A stretch of 64,000 bases of DNA from Candidatus Bathyarchaeota archaeon (GCA_963826715.1 CAWGYA010000006.1:32001-96000), one strand, 5' to 3'; positions 25,753 to 37,223 are shown, counted from the stretch's first letter. Notes: a model not told the origin generated them from the letters alone. Numbers and translations: made by a program.

Positions 25753-27341
25753 TTAAGCCTCTTTGAAACGTAAACTCCATCACGCCTGTAACCCAAACGC
25801 ATGTAGTATCGTCTTGTTCCTAACGCACTAATAACTAAAAGCTTTTCCAATCCAAAATCCACTCGTGCAATCCGCTCAGCCTCAGCCAAAAGTTCCTTGC
25901 CAAAACCCCGATGCTGCCATGCGCTGGCTGAATGTTTGCCAACAGGAACAAGAGGACCATAAACATGCAATTCCCTCACGATAGCACATGAGACTTCGGT
26001 AATTTCAGGTCTATGTGCCTTCTCGGAGGGTATACGCATACGCACATAACCTAAAAGCACATTATTTTCGGGGTCTTCAGCCGAAATGAAAACTTCGGTG
26101 CCCCCTGAAGCGCTATACCGTTGAGTTAAGATTTTAACTTTTTCAATATCAGGCCTCACATGATCAACTGCTAAGCGGTGCCCCACTTCACGACAACGGA
26201 TACACTGGCACTGCCCACCTTGCTCTTTTAGTCGTTTCTGCGCAAGCTCCCGCACATCACTTCGTTTTACCCCAGCTAAAATCAATCTTGCAGGGATATC
26301 ACGTTGCACACGCATCACCCTCACCCACGGGGGGATTGTTTTTTTGATTTCTGCAATCAAAGAAGTAGCTTCCTCGGTTGTATAAGGCGTGTAGGTGCCC
26401 TGATGGTACCATTCATAAGCTTTGGTGCCTGCGATGGCTAGACATGGATAGATTTTAATCATGTCTGGCTTAAACATAGAATCAGTAAAAATTCGATGAA
26501 ATGCCAATTCATCTTTTGGTTTATTGGAACCTGGCATTCCAGGCATCATGTGGTAAACAATCTTTAATCCTGAATCTTTAGCGATTTGAGTTGCCTCAAT
26601 CACGTCTGCGACGGAGTGGGTTCTGCCTACTAAGTTGTAGATTTGGTCATCTGGGTTTTGAACACCAAGTTCAATGCGAGTTACGCCCATTTCAAGCATA
26701 GCATCAATGTGAAGTTGCTTTGCCCAGTCAGGGCGAGTTTCAACTGTAATGCCGACAATACGGATTTTACTGACCTCTGCGTTTGCTTTGGCTTCCTCCA
26801 AACTATCTGAGTTTTTGCCGGTGATAGCATCAAGGCAACGCTGAATAAACCATGTTTGATAATCTAAGGGTGTCGCAGGGAAGGTTCCGCCCATAATAAT
26901 GAGTTCAATTTTGTCGACTTTGTGCCCAATCGCCGTAAGTTGATGTTTGCGATTCTGTACTTGCATGTAGGGATCAAAAGAATTTTGGCTACCACGCAGC
27001 GCTGCTGGTTCATATCCTGTGTAACTTTGGGGCGAACCAATTGTCGGTCCACCGGGACAGTAAGCGCATGGTTCAGGCTGAGGGCAGGGATAGGGTTTGG
27101 TCATGGTGGCGATAACGGTTACTCCACTGATGGCTCGAGTGTTTTTTCGCCTAATGATTGGGAGTAGCTTCTTGGCTTCTGATGCTGACAAAGCCTTAAT
27201 CAAATCAGCGTTAGAAGGCACTGCTTCAAGTCGATATTTGGCTGCGACCTTGATCTTTAGGCGATTAACATCATCACTTGTAGGTGAGGACGCAGAAAGT
27301 AGAGTAGTTATGATTTCTCGGAGCGCAATTTGATTAGTCAA
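25749..27341 (-). CDS. elp3: Elp3 tRNA uridine(34) carboxymethyltransferase (radical SAM + KAT)
   Basis: CPQPEPCAYCPGG, ETRPD, RVQRDIP, RELHVYG, QHRGFG. Confidence 0.95.
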   Translation of the reverse strand: MTNQIALREIITTLLSASSPTSDDVNRLKIKVAAKYRLEAVPSNADLIKALSASEAKKLLPIIRRKNTRAISGVTVIATMTKPYPCPQPEPCAYCPGGPTIGSPQSYTGYEPAALRGSQNSFDPYMQVQNRKHQLTAIGHKVDKIELIIMGGTFPATPLDYQTWFIQRCLDAITGKNSDSLEEAKANAEVSKIRIVGITVETRPDWAKQLHIDAMLEMGVTRIELGVQNPDDQIYNLVGRTHSVADVIEATQIAKDSGLKIVYHMMPGMPGSNKPKDELAFHRIFTDSMFKPDMIKIYPCLAIAGTKAYEWYHQGTYTPYTTEEATSLIAEIKKTIPPWVRVMRVQRDIPARLILAGVKRSDVRELAQKRLKEQGGQCQCIRCREVGHRLAVDHVRPDIEKVKILTQRYSASGGTEVFISAEDPENNVLLGYVRMRIPSEKAHRPEITEVSCAIVRELHVYGPLVPVGKHSASAWQHRGFGKELLAEAERIARVDFGLEKLLVISALGTRRYYMRLGYRRDGVYVSKRLN

Positions 27342-27422
27342 GACGGCTATACCAAAATCAAGTTCTATTTACAAATAAATAAACCGTTACATATACAAAA
27401 ACTGAAAATAAAAGAAAAGAGG

Positions 27423-27584
27423 TTACATCCAGTTTTGGCCTGCTTTGCGCTGCAGAATCACACGCTTCTCATAGTTGCGTCTGGTTCTGTTTTTTGGGCT
27501 TGGAGCAGTCCTTTCTTGAGCTTGAATTTTAGGTGTTTGAGACCTAACTTTTCCAGCTTTTGAGAGTGAACCGTGAGTTGGCAA
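27423..27584 (-). CDS. rps30e: 30S ribosomal protein S30e
   Basis: Manual translation [20 protein letters not shown]...RRNYEKR...NWM (53 aa, TTG start); not in the ORF track. Confidence 0.95.
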   Translation of the reverse strand: MPTHGSLSKAGKVRSQTPKIQAQERTAPSPKNRTRRNYEKRVILQRKAGQNWM

Positions 27585-27980
27585 TACATTACACCTTTGA
27601 CGGATAAATCCTAAACGTTGCCTTTAAACCTTTAGCTACCCAGACGTACTTTAAAGAAACAATGTAGCCTCAAACGCCTAAAAAATAGCCCCATCCTTCC
27701 TCAGGTTTGCTACATCAATATTTAGCCCTTAAACTTGAACGTTTTAAAATTTCAAGGCATCAAATAAGTCGAAGATTTAAGAGGGTGAATAAAAGATTGG
27801 AAAAAGAATTCGGTGGCAGGAAAGCGTGGATAATAATGGACACTGACTATCTTTGAGTTTGAAGTTTGGTCGAAGAAGAAAAGAAATACCGTTAGTAACA
27901 CCTCTACCTTAGAGTATGCATAACCTTTATGCAATCCTCTTGTAGCAACAATATTAAGCCAATGGATCGTTGAGGTAATC

Positions 27981-30900
27981 TTGAGTGCCCCTTTCAATTC
28001 TGTAATGGATGGGAAAAAAATTTCCGAAGGAAAGATAGAAGCGGTCAAGCAATCTGAGAAAAATAGTCCAACTCAAAATAGAGAAAGTTTTCCAATTGTT
28101 GGAATTGGCGCTTCAGCAGGCGGCTTAGAAGCCATCACATTAATACTCCAACATCTTGATTTAGATACGGGCTTAGTTTTTGTTTTCATACAGCACTTAG
28201 CTACAGGACAAGAAAGCATGCTCCCAAACATTCTTGCCCGAGCAACCAAAATGCCTGTGCTCGCAGTTACAAATGAAATGCAGGTAAAACCCAATACCGT
28301 TTACGTTATCCCATCAGGAAAAATAATGACTCTTGATGGAGAATACCTCAAGCTAATTCCAAAAGGAGCATCACTAAGACCCATAGATGCCTTTTTTGAC
28401 TCTATAGCCCGTCAACGAAAAACTCAAGCTGTAGGTATAGTGCTTTCGGGAACCGGTACTGATGGAACCGAGGGGCTGAAAGAAATCAAAAACGAGGGCG
28501 GAATAACTATCGCCCAAGACCCAAAAACCGCCCAATCACCGGAATGCCTCAAAGCGCCATATCAGCTGAGGCAACGGATTTAGTGCTTTCACCAAGCCAA
28601 ATAGCTCAGGAACTTTCAAAAATAGCCAGCAATCCCAGTTAATTCGAGCCGAAATCGAAGCTGCCGAAAACAAAAATCAACCAGTTTCGGGGGCGCTATT
28701 TTCTTTGTTGAAGTCTAATTTCAAAGTTGACTTCTCTCACTACAAAGAAGCCTTTCTGAATCGTCGTATCAAACGACGTATGGTACTAAACCACATGGAA
28801 AACATCAAGGAATATTCTGATTATGTTCGTACGCATCCTGAGGAGCTTCAGAAACTCTTCGACGACCTGCTTGTGGGAGTCACAAACTTCTTTAGAGAAC
28901 CAAACACCTTCACTCTTCTAAAAGAAAAAGTCTTTCAAGAACTTATCAAAGGCAAAACAGCCCAACAATCTATCCGAGTTTGGATAATAGGGTGCTCATC
29001 AGGCGAAGAAGCATATTCGTTCACAATAGCTTTACTGGAATTCTTGGAGGAGAAAGCGTTGACTAGTATCCCAATCCAAGTTTTTGGTACAGACGTCAAC
29101 CAAAAAAATATCGACAAAGCGCGCCAAGGAATATACCCAAAGACCATCGAGACATCGGTCTCAGAAGCACGCCTTAGAAAATACTTCAACAACTTCAATG
29201 GTGGCTATCGAATATCAAAAGGAATTCGTGAACTTTGCGTATTCTCAAAGCAAGATGTAACCGCTGATCCCCCCTTCTCGAACTTAGATTTGTTAGTTGC
29301 CGAAACATCCTCATCTATTTTGATTCCGAGCTTCAAGAAAGAGTAATTCCCATATTGCATTATGCCTTAAAACCCAATGGTTTCCTTGTTTTGGGCGAAT
29401 CTGAAAGCATAGGCAAACTAACGACATTATTTGAACCACAACGGCAAGGGGAATAGTTTACGTTAAAAAGAAGGGGCATCCTCAGGTAATATTTGGCTTT
29501 GAAACTTATGATAATCAACAAAAAAGAGTGAATACTTTGCCTGAGCGAAAAGAGTCTGTTTCGCTTATCCGTGAACAAATTGACAAATTACTTTTAACTG
29601 AATACGTTCCTGCTTCCCTTCTGGTTAACAATAACTTGGATGTAATCATTACCCGCGGAAATGTTGCACCCTACATAAAACTTGAATCAGGAGAAACATC
29701 TCTTAACTTGGCTAAGGTTCTTCATAGAGAAGTCAGGGCAACGGTTCAAACTTTAATTTATAAGGCCAAAAAAGATAACAAAGCAACTAGAGAAGAAGCA
29801 ATCAGCTTTGAATATCAATCCCATCCATTAACAGCCAATATTCGAGTCACTCCAATTAACATAGTCCAGTTTGAAGAGCCTTTCTTTTTGGTTCTTTTTG
29901 AGGATGTAAGTTCAGCAGCTGCTCATTTGAGGCAGGTAATTGAGCTTACATCGACTCCTGATGGTCGAGAAAGTGCTAAAGACCGCCAAATTATTGAACT
30001 CAGAGATGAAGCAGACTCAGCCAAAATAGCTTTTCAGTCAATTATTGAGGCGCAGGAAGCAACTAATGAAGAACTAAAAGCATCAATGGAAGAAGTTCAA
30101 TCAACCAGTGAAGAATTGCAGAGTACTAATGAAGAGCTTGAAACGGCTAAAGAAGAACTCCAGTCAAGTAATGAGGAGTTGACAACGCTCAATGATGAAC
30201 TTAAAGACCGAAATCAAACAATCTCTCGTCTTAATGCCGACTTAACTAACATTAATGAGAATGTTGATTCAGCGGTTGTTTTGGTTAATTGTGATTTGAA
30301 TATTAGGCTTTTTAATCCTGCGGCTGTAAGAATTCTAAAGCTCTTGCCTCAGCAGATTGGGCTTCCAATAGCTAGTGTAAGCTTGGGCTTACTTTTTGAG
30401 GATTTAGAGAAAATAATTTCAGATGTTATTGCAGCAAAAGAAAGGATTGCGCGTGCTGTTAGATATAGGGAGGGGCATGTGTATGAAATGCGTGTTAGGC
30501 CTTATCTTGATGAAAAGGGCAAAGTTGATGGTGCTGTTTTGGCGTTTAATGATGTAAGTGAGTTGGATCAGGCTCGGCGGTTGGCGGCTGTTGGCGAGAC
30601 AGCTGGCATGGTTGGGCATGATATTCGCAATCCTCTACAAGCTATAACCAGCGATGTATACTTGCTGAAATCTGAGCTATCTTCTTGCCTTGAGGGAGAG
30701 AAGAAAAAGAATGCCCTTGAGAGTTTGCAAGAAATAGAGCAGAATGTTGAGTACATTAACAAGATCGTCGCTGATTTACAGGATTATGCTAGACCGCTTA
30801 AACCTGATGTCAGAGAAACCGATTTAGAAAAAGTAATCGAGAACCTACTACTCAAGTACACGTTTCCGACAAACATCAAATCAGCATGTATTGTAGATAA

Positions 30901-31243
30901 AGATGCAAAAAAAATTATGACTGATCCTGACTTATTAAAGCGTATCTTGGGTAACTTGGTGACTAACGCAATTCAAGCGATGCCAAATGGCGGCGATTTG
31001 TCGATTAGGGTTTTTAGAGAGATAGATGAGGTGGTTTTAGTTGTTGAGGATACAGGCGTTGGAATTCCTGATGAAGTTAAGCCTAAGTTGTTTACGCCTT
31101 TGTTCACTACAAAATCTAAAGGTCAAGGCTTTGGGTTGGCTGTTGTTAAACGAGCTACTGAAGCATTGGGCGGAACAATAAATTTTGAGAGCCAAAAGGG
31201 CAAAGGGACTAAATTCGTTTTACGTTTCCCCCCCAGTTGCTAA
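27981..31243 (+). pseudogene. CheB-CheR-PAS-coiled coil-histidine kinase fusion, broken by several frameshifts
   Basis: GIGASAGG and LSGTGTDG (CheB); VTNFFR and GCSSGEEAYS (CheR); EELQS repeats, HDIRNPL and GQGFGL; split into 27981-28583, 28705-29346 and 29528-31243 with further motifs (LKPNGFLVLGESESIG) in other frames. Confidence 0.85.
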
Positions 31244-32023
31244 ACAGTAAATGGACCTATAAATAAGATCTAGTTTTCTAATTCTTGTTTGGCGAAAAAC
31301 ATAGCTTTAAAATTCAGTTCGACAAATTCGTTTCTCGATCTCTCCTGTTTAAGCTTCTTTGTCTATTTCCTCAGGCATTAAATTAGAAGGGGTATACTGA
31401 CTGGTTGTTTTTCTCGTCGTCAAATCCAGAGGCTCATGATAGTTAACAATTAATTTTAAACCTTAACAGAGCTTAAGAACAGCCTTTTCATCAGAATAAG
31501 CCCATTTATGGCTTAATGGTTTCACCACGAGTGAAAAAGATTCTGCCAAGTAGAGAAACTGAAGACAGAGATGTCAGCGGTTAAGACCAAACTCAACGAA
31601 GCAGAAAACCTCGCTGGATCGTCTTATTATAAAATAGCGCCAAACTGAAAGGACTGAGCTATACTACTTCCTAAAATACAGAAAATGGACAAAGATAACA
31701 TATATCTGCATCCCGGAGTTGTCAAGGCGATTAAGGCAACAGTTTTGCTCATTATTGACGATTCAAACAAGAGCATCCTGTACATACTTCGTCTGTTTGG
31801 TGGAGGTAGCTGGTGATATAGCTGGACTTCCACATTCACAACTTGTTATTCTTCAAGGTACAACCCATTATACACTCTTCGAATGAGTCGATTGGCTAAG
31901 CTCCATGGTTGAGATCCCTTGTTTATCTCTTCCTTAAAGAGGTATATTTATTTTGACGATTAAATAGCGGCTTCTTTTACAAAAAACAATAAGAAACATT
32001 TTCATAAAAATTATAGAAAAAAT

Positions 32024-32428
32024 TTAGGGAAAGAATATGGAGGGATAACTCACTCCAAACAGTGCTCCGACAATAAAGCTTAGTACGATAAAGATAACCC
32101 ATGCCAGGACTGCAATCATTATGGCACGAATCCAACCTGTTTGGAAACTAGCTTTGTAAACCCAAATCCAAGCTACAAGCGCAAGTATATAGCCAAATAC
32201 AAATGCACTGGTTCCAATGACTGCACTCAAGAAAAAGTCCACTACAAAAGTTACAATAAAAAATATTATTGGTCCCGCCAAAGTAGCTAGTAGAGCATCG
32301 CCGAAAGTTGCTTTTCCACCTGTTATGGCTTTACCTGCCAACCAAACAGGTATAGAGATGACAATCCAGAGAATTATCAAACTTATTATTGTAAAAAGCA
32401 CATTTGGGACTGATAACTCAAAAACCAA
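32024..32428 (-). CDS. membrane protein
   Basis: 134 aa with four hydrophobic segments. Confidence 0.75.
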   Translation of the reverse strand: MVFELSVPNVLFTIISLIILWIVISIPVWLAGKAITGGKATFGDALLATLAGPIIFFIVTFVVDFFLSAVIGTSAFVFGYILALVAWIWVYKASFQTGWIRAIMIAVLAWVIFIVLSFIVGALFGVSYPSIFFP

Positions 32429-32506
32429 GCAAAATCCTCAACTACAGTAACAAGCGCAAATATATAAGCGTACCTTGATTGACAAACTAGCTTTTCAATT
32501 TTGAGA

Positions 32507-33032
32507 TTAATAAATCACATTCCAATTGTTATTCTCTGCTAACGGTTTTTGCTGCATTGCCGCAACGAGTTCTTCAAGTCTATCATAAGAATCAGTGACG
32601 CCTTCCTCCGTGCCACTTTGCACCATTCCATCCCTGTCGGCAACAGACAAAAAAACATCTTGAGCAGCCAATTTGGGCCGCCCACCGGGTAACTCTTCAA
32701 ATTTCGTAATTTCTAAACTTACATGCCCTTTTTCTGATAAGCCTTCATATTCAAAAGTACCAATAACACGCTCTGGTGCAAGAACTTCATGGTAGAAACC
32801 ATGGAAAGCGAATTTGTTTCCTTTTTCGTCTTCATTTATAAATCGATAGCTTCCACCATTTTTTGATTCGAGCTTTTCAAATTCTGTTGTAAGGCCTTCT
32901 TGGTCCAAGCCACTGTGAATAGAGCTTTGGATCAGTAAATGCTTTGAAAACAAGTTCTCTTGGAGCATCAAGTTCTCTGACGATAAATCTCCTGTTTCCA
33001 GGCTCAACAATCATTTTAGTTTTATTTACCAT
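32507..33032 (-). pseudogene. SRPBCC/AHSA1 family protein, frameshifted near the 5' end
   Basis: N-terminal [21 protein letters not shown] is in a different frame from GGSYRF..FHGFYHEV..SYDRLEEL. Confidence 0.8.
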
Positions 33033-33112
33033 AAAAGATCACTAACTTATTGTAATTAACAAAATATCAATAATGACAATAGTCTTAACTGTCCTAAAAA
33101 AAAGAATTGGTC

Positions 33113-33637
33113 CTAACGTTTTGTAGATAGGAGCTTTATGGTTGCTTTGCAAAAATCGGGCAAGTCATGAGGAGAACGCGAAGTCACAATATTTCCGTCC
33201 ACGACGGCAGGTTCATCTACAACCGTGGCGCCCGCATTTTTAAGATCTGTTCTAACTGAAGGCCAGCTTGTGACTGTCTTTCCTCGAACAATATCCGCTT
33301 CAATGAGCATTTGAGGACCATGACAAACTGCAGCAATAACTTTGCCTTTACGATTTGCTTCCTCTACCAGTTTGACTATATCTGAATAAATCCTCATACG
33401 GTCGGGCGCTTGACCTCCAGGAATAATTATTGCATCGTAATCATCCAAATCAATGTCACTTGGTGAAAACTCTGATGTGAAAGAGACACCACGTTTACCA
33501 ACATATTCTTTTTTTGAAAGCGGCGCAACAATGTCCATTTTGAAGCCCTCCTCTTGAAAACGGTAATAAGGATAGATAAATTCTGAATCCTCAACACCTT
33601 TTTCTAAGAGAATTAATATTTTCTTCAACTTTTTCAC
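33113..33637 (-). CDS. DJ-1/PfpI family protease/deglycase
   Basis: EDSE..YPYYR, IPGG..PD, AAVCHGP, TSRSPHDL. Confidence 0.92.
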   Translation of the reverse strand: MKKLKKILILLEKGVEDSEFIYPYYRFQEEGFKMDIVAPLSKKEYVGKRGVSFTSEFSPSDIDLDDYDAIIIPGGQAPDRMRIYSDIVKLVEEANRKGKVIAAVCHGPQMLIEADIVRGKTVTSWPSVRTDLKNAGATVVDEPAVVDGNIVTSRSPHDLPDFCKATIKLLSTKR

Positions 33638-33993
33638 CAGAAATCGGTAAAAAATTTAAGGATTCTTTGAATTTAGTCTTTGTTTTTACGCCAAGTTGAA
33701 TAACAAATCGCTGAAATTTGCTCGTTTGACCGTTTTTCACCATCAGACTTGCTATTATTCTCTTCGTGCATGAACTTTTCGCATCTTGAAATATAATCTC
33801 TCTCAGACTCATCTGTTTTCGGTTTAGGAACAGGCATATAAACACCAAATTAATGAATTCAATTCTTGATTCATTAGGATATGTGATTGGTATACCACAG
33901 TAACAATCGGTTATATCTGGCTAACTCATTTGATAGTGTAACAAGAAGTGCTTGTGGAAGATAGAAGCATACTAATTAAATGGAGATTTGTGA

Positions 33994-34398
33994 GTGGGAA
34001 AAGCAAGGGCAATACTATCTATAGTTGCAATAGTAATATTATTAGTCGCAGGCTTCGCTGTATATGCTGGAGTAACTTATCCCAGAACAACTGCTGATAT
34101 ACAAGTCTCGTTTACGGTGGGCGCAGACGAGAAAAAAATAGCCTTTGATCAACCATTCCTAGACGACAAGGCTCAGATTCAAGTAACTGTAGAGACGGGT
34201 GCTGCTCTGTGGCGAGCCCAAATCTTAAACGGTGATGAAATCATCTGGGAACATTCGGCAGCACAAGGTGAGCAACAAAGTTACAACAGCGGCTGGATTT
34301 TACTTCAAAGCGAAAACTACAATTTCACTTTCGGAACCATAGGCATCGGATCACTTGATGCAACTGCCACTGTTTCTTCTAAAGGCGGCTTCTGGTAA
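33994..34398 (+). CDS. exported hypothetical protein
   Basis: N-terminal TM/signal segment, beta-rich remainder. Confidence 0.7.
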   Translation: MGKARAILSIVAIVILLVAGFAVYAGVTYPRTTADIQVSFTVGADEKKIAFDQPFLDDKAQIQVTVETGAALWRAQILNGDEIIWEHSAAQGEQQSYNSGWILLQSENYNFTFGTIGIGSLDATATVSSKGGFW

Positions 34399-34426
34399 AA
34401 ACAGGTTTTTGGGAGAGAACTATGAC

Positions 34427-34741
34427 ATGTCTGGAACTTCTGTTTCTATATTATCTTATTATCTAGTACTTATTGGCGGAATATTGATGATTCTTTTCGG
34501 ATTGCTGGGATTAATTGCAGATTTTGGCAGTTTCATCTTTCATTGGAGTTTTTCTTACGGAGGAATCGTGACCTTGATAATGGGTGTTATTGCTATTATT
34601 GGTTCAAGAAGTGTGAAAATACTTGTTTGGGCGGTTGTGCTGATTATCGTTGGCCTAATTGGTGGTGGAGTAGGCGGATTGCTTGTTGTTCTTGGGGGAT
34701 TAGTCGGCTTAATATCATCGCTGATAAAAAAAGTCGGATGA
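34427..34741 (+). CDS. Gly-rich membrane protein
   Basis: Hydrophobic 104-aa ORF from ATG 34427. Confidence 0.7.
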   Translation: MSGTSVSILSYYLVLIGGILMILFGLLGLIADFGSFIFHWSFSYGGIVTLIMGVIAIIGSRSVKILVWAVVLIIVGLIGGGVGGLLVVLGGLVGLISSLIKKVG

Positions 34742-34750
34742 TGAAGAAAT

Positions 34751-34960
34751 GTGGGATTCGGTAGCTATATTGGAGGTTTGGCAACCTGCGTGCTACCAGT
34801 ACTAATAGCGGTTCTCGGATTCGCAATCTTGCGGGGATTTTTTCCATTGATACCAAATAGCTTTAACATTATTTTAGGAATTGTTGTTTTAATTATAGCC
34901 TTGGTTACCTTCCCTTCGGAAGGTATCTGTATTCTTCCGCAAAACCAAAAGGAACTATAA
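34751..34960 (+). CDS. small membrane protein (uncertain)
   Basis: Two hydrophobic segments; follows the previous gene closely. Confidence 0.4.
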   Translation: MGFGSYIGGLATCVLPVLIAVLGFAILRGFFPLIPNSFNIILGIVVLIIALVTFPSEGICILPQNQKEL

Positions 34961-35111
34961 ACGTTCACAAAGTATAATTGGGGTATTTCGCTGAAAGCAT
35001 GTTGTTCGTTCTTGTTACTGCCATTTGCTCTCCCGAAATCGCGTCAATTTCGTATGAACTATCACCATTAACTTAATCTTTAAACCTGAAATCATAAAAC
35101 CCACCCATAAT

Positions 35112-35460
35112 TCAGCTCACCGCTTTCTTCAAGAGGGCGACGATCCTTGCCTCTTCGGCGGCAGTCAACTTCTTCAGTGCAAAGGCGACCGTCCACATTG
35201 CCGTTGTCAAGATTTGCCTCGTGCTGAAAACCGAACGTAACGTACCTCGTTTTGAACTTCTCTGCGCTTTGGAAGAAGCAGACGACCTTGCCGTCCTTGG
35301 CAAACGCGGGCAGCCCATACCAGGTTTTCGGCGGAGAACTGGTGCGTTGACTTTGATGATCGCATGGAGCTTCTCGCCAATAGCGCGGACCGGTTCTGAC
35401 ATGGCAGCAATCACTCTAGCACGGCACTTTCGCCAGTCGTCTTGTCCATCGGCTTAGTCG
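35112..35460 (-). pseudogene. DUF1801/YdhG-like protein, frameshifted
   Basis: Joined frames read [54 protein letters not shown]; visibly GC-richer than its flanks. Confidence 0.75.
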
Positions 35461-35487
35461 ATTCTTTCTTTGAAGTTTTCATTTTCT

Positions 35488-35994
35488 CTAGCCTTCATAT
35501 GCTTTTTCTAGGTCTTTGATGACAATCTTTTTCATCTTAAGCATTGCATCCATGACTCTTTTTGCTTTAATTTTATCTTTGTCAGTTAGTAGTTCGCCCA
35601 TTCGCTTAGGAATAATCTGCCATGAGAGGCCGTACTTATCTTTCAGCCAACCGCATACCTCAGACTCTGGAACCGCCGATAGCTTTTCCCAATAGTAATC
35701 AACCTCTTCTTGATCCGCGCACTCTACATAGAAAGATGTCGCCTCTGTGAACTTGAATATTGGGCCTCCATCAAGTGCCATAAAACGCTGTCCGTTAAGC
35801 TCAAATATAGCTGTCAGAATCTTTCCTTCCATCCCCTTAACTGGAATGTTCGATGGTTCCTCCGGGTAACGTTGAATGCTTACTATCACTGAGTTTTTAG
35901 AGCTCTTAGGAGAGGAATTAAAAATTGATATATAGAATTTTATAGCTTCCTCAGCTTCTTTATCAAACCATAAACAAGGAACAATTTTTTGCAC
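35488..35994 (-). CDS. VOC family protein (PhnB/3-demethylubiquinone-9 methyltransferase-like)
   Basis: QKIVPCLWFD..AEEA, FMALDGGP, CGWLKDKYGLSWQI. Confidence 0.9.
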   Translation of the reverse strand: MQKIVPCLWFDKEAEEAIKFYISIFNSSPKSSKNSVIVSIQRYPEEPSNIPVKGMEGKILTAIFELNGQRFMALDGGPIFKFTEATSFYVECADQEEVDYYWEKLSAVPESEVCGWLKDKYGLSWQIIPKRMGELLTDKDKIKAKRVMDAMLKMKKIVIKDLEKAYEG

Positions 35995-36181
35995 AGTTCA
36001 TCAACCTTTTTTTCGATAAAATTCGATGAATTGCTTGTTGACGTTTTATTATTTTAGGCTTTGTAGTTGTATTCTTACAGTCACAGGTTAAGGTTCTGTT
36101 TAACGTTTTTCAGGGGTTATTTTTTCGCTGGGTTGCTTAACAATCGTTTCACAATCAAAATGATCCTGTTTTTATTTCTAT

Positions 36182-36341
36182 GTCCCGCACGTAGGTAGTC
36201 ACTAATACGCCAGTTGTTGAAATCTTGCGTTCTAGGAGCTTAAAAGAAGCTGCCATAATGATACCTATAGGATCATTTCAAGGTCAAAGTTTTGGCTTGA
36301 AACTCCATTAACGTTTACACTAAAATGCAAAACCGTGGGAC
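36182..36341 (-). ncRNA. candidate structured ncRNA, unassigned
   Basis: Terminal GUCC-CACG/CGUG-GGAC; UAGGUA-UCAUUA/UAGUGA-UACCUA; GUUUCAAG/CUUGAAAU; CTTAATC box at 36362-36368. Confidence 0.5.
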
Positions 36342-36429
36342 CCTCGTTATGAATTCAGAAGGATTAAGTTTGATATCAAAAAAGAGGGGAAAATGGGAAA
36401 ACCTAAATTTCTTTTTCTTCCACTCAATA

Positions 36430-36659
36430 TTGCAGATCTGGTCTGAGCCTTATTGTCGAACGCAGCCCATCTAAACCACGTCTTAGCTGCAACAGATTCG
36501 TTCGCCGCTTGGAATCGCTGCATCATGGAGTAGATGCTTCAACAGCACATGACCAGCCCACAAAGGCAAAGACTTAGTCGCGGGCCAATCGTTCGCTGTT
36601 TAGAGTGGCTCACATCTGTGCCTTGTGCATGCGTCTAAAGCTTGCTCCCAGACCTGTAA
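36430..36659 (-). ncRNA. novel structured ncRNA candidate, copy 2 (homolog of 3374-3592)
   Basis: Terminal stem UUACAGGUCUGG/CCAGAUCUGCAA; shares GCUUUA, AUGCAC-AAGGCA, AAACAGCGAA, CGCGACUAA, UGGGCUG and UAAGGCUyAGACC with copy 1; TTTATAGC box at ~36680-36688. Confidence 0.8.
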
Positions 36660-36878
36660 CTACAATTAGAGCAGGGTCTGCTATAAATTTTGTGACATAT
36701 ATGCTATAAAAGCAAACAAAAATGTATCATTTAGTACAACAGTTTGGGTAAACTCAGAAAAAAAATTTAATACCAACCCGGTAACTATACATATAGTTAT
36801 CCAAACGGCAAAAAATTACTTGTCAACTCTAAAGGTTTAGATTCTTCACAACTCAAGCAAGCAATTGATTCCAAAAAT

Positions 36879-37223
36879 TTATTCTAAATCTTTTACAATA
36901 CAGCTCATCTGTGAGATAACTTCTTTCTGCAGAGTATTCACAAGTTCGAAAGTTAAATCGTCGATAACTTGATGAATGTCAGGATCCACAATGGAGTACA
37001 TGCGTTTGGTTCCATCTTTACGACAACGGATTATGCCTACGTCCCGAAGGATTTTTAGATGTCTAGATACAACGGGTTGAATGAGGTTCAGGTGAGGAAC
37101 GATTTCACAGACACATTTTTCGCCGTCACGTAGAAAAGAGAGAATTTCTAAGCGGTCAGCTGAGGATAGAGCGTGGAATACTTGGGCTTTGAAGCGGAGT
37201 CGGGTAGAAGTTTGTAGGGTCAT
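36879..37223 (-). CDS. ArsR/SmtB metalloregulator
   Basis: VFHALS..DRLEIL, EKCVCEI, QPVVSRHLKIL. Confidence 0.92.
   Translation of the reverse strand: MTLQTSTRLRFKAQVFHALSSADRLEILSFLRDGEKCVCEIVPHLNLIQPVVSRHLKILRDVGIIRCRKDGTKRMYSIVDPDIHQVIDDLTFELVNTLQKEVISQMSCIVKDLE

Noticed and set aside
30050-30200. Short repeats encoding EELQS/NEEL
   Set aside because: Normal coiled-coil heptads of CheB/CheR fusion proteins; not a CRISPR or DNA repeat.
31500-31920. Coding-like fragments (VEKLKTEMSAVKTKLNEAENL)
   Set aside because: No continuous frame or recognisable family; at most a decayed gene.
36265-36312. Fluoride riboswitch (AUGGAGUU..AUGAUCCU)
   Set aside because: P1 and pseudoknot pairings of the crcB consensus are not satisfied and no fluoride exporter follows.
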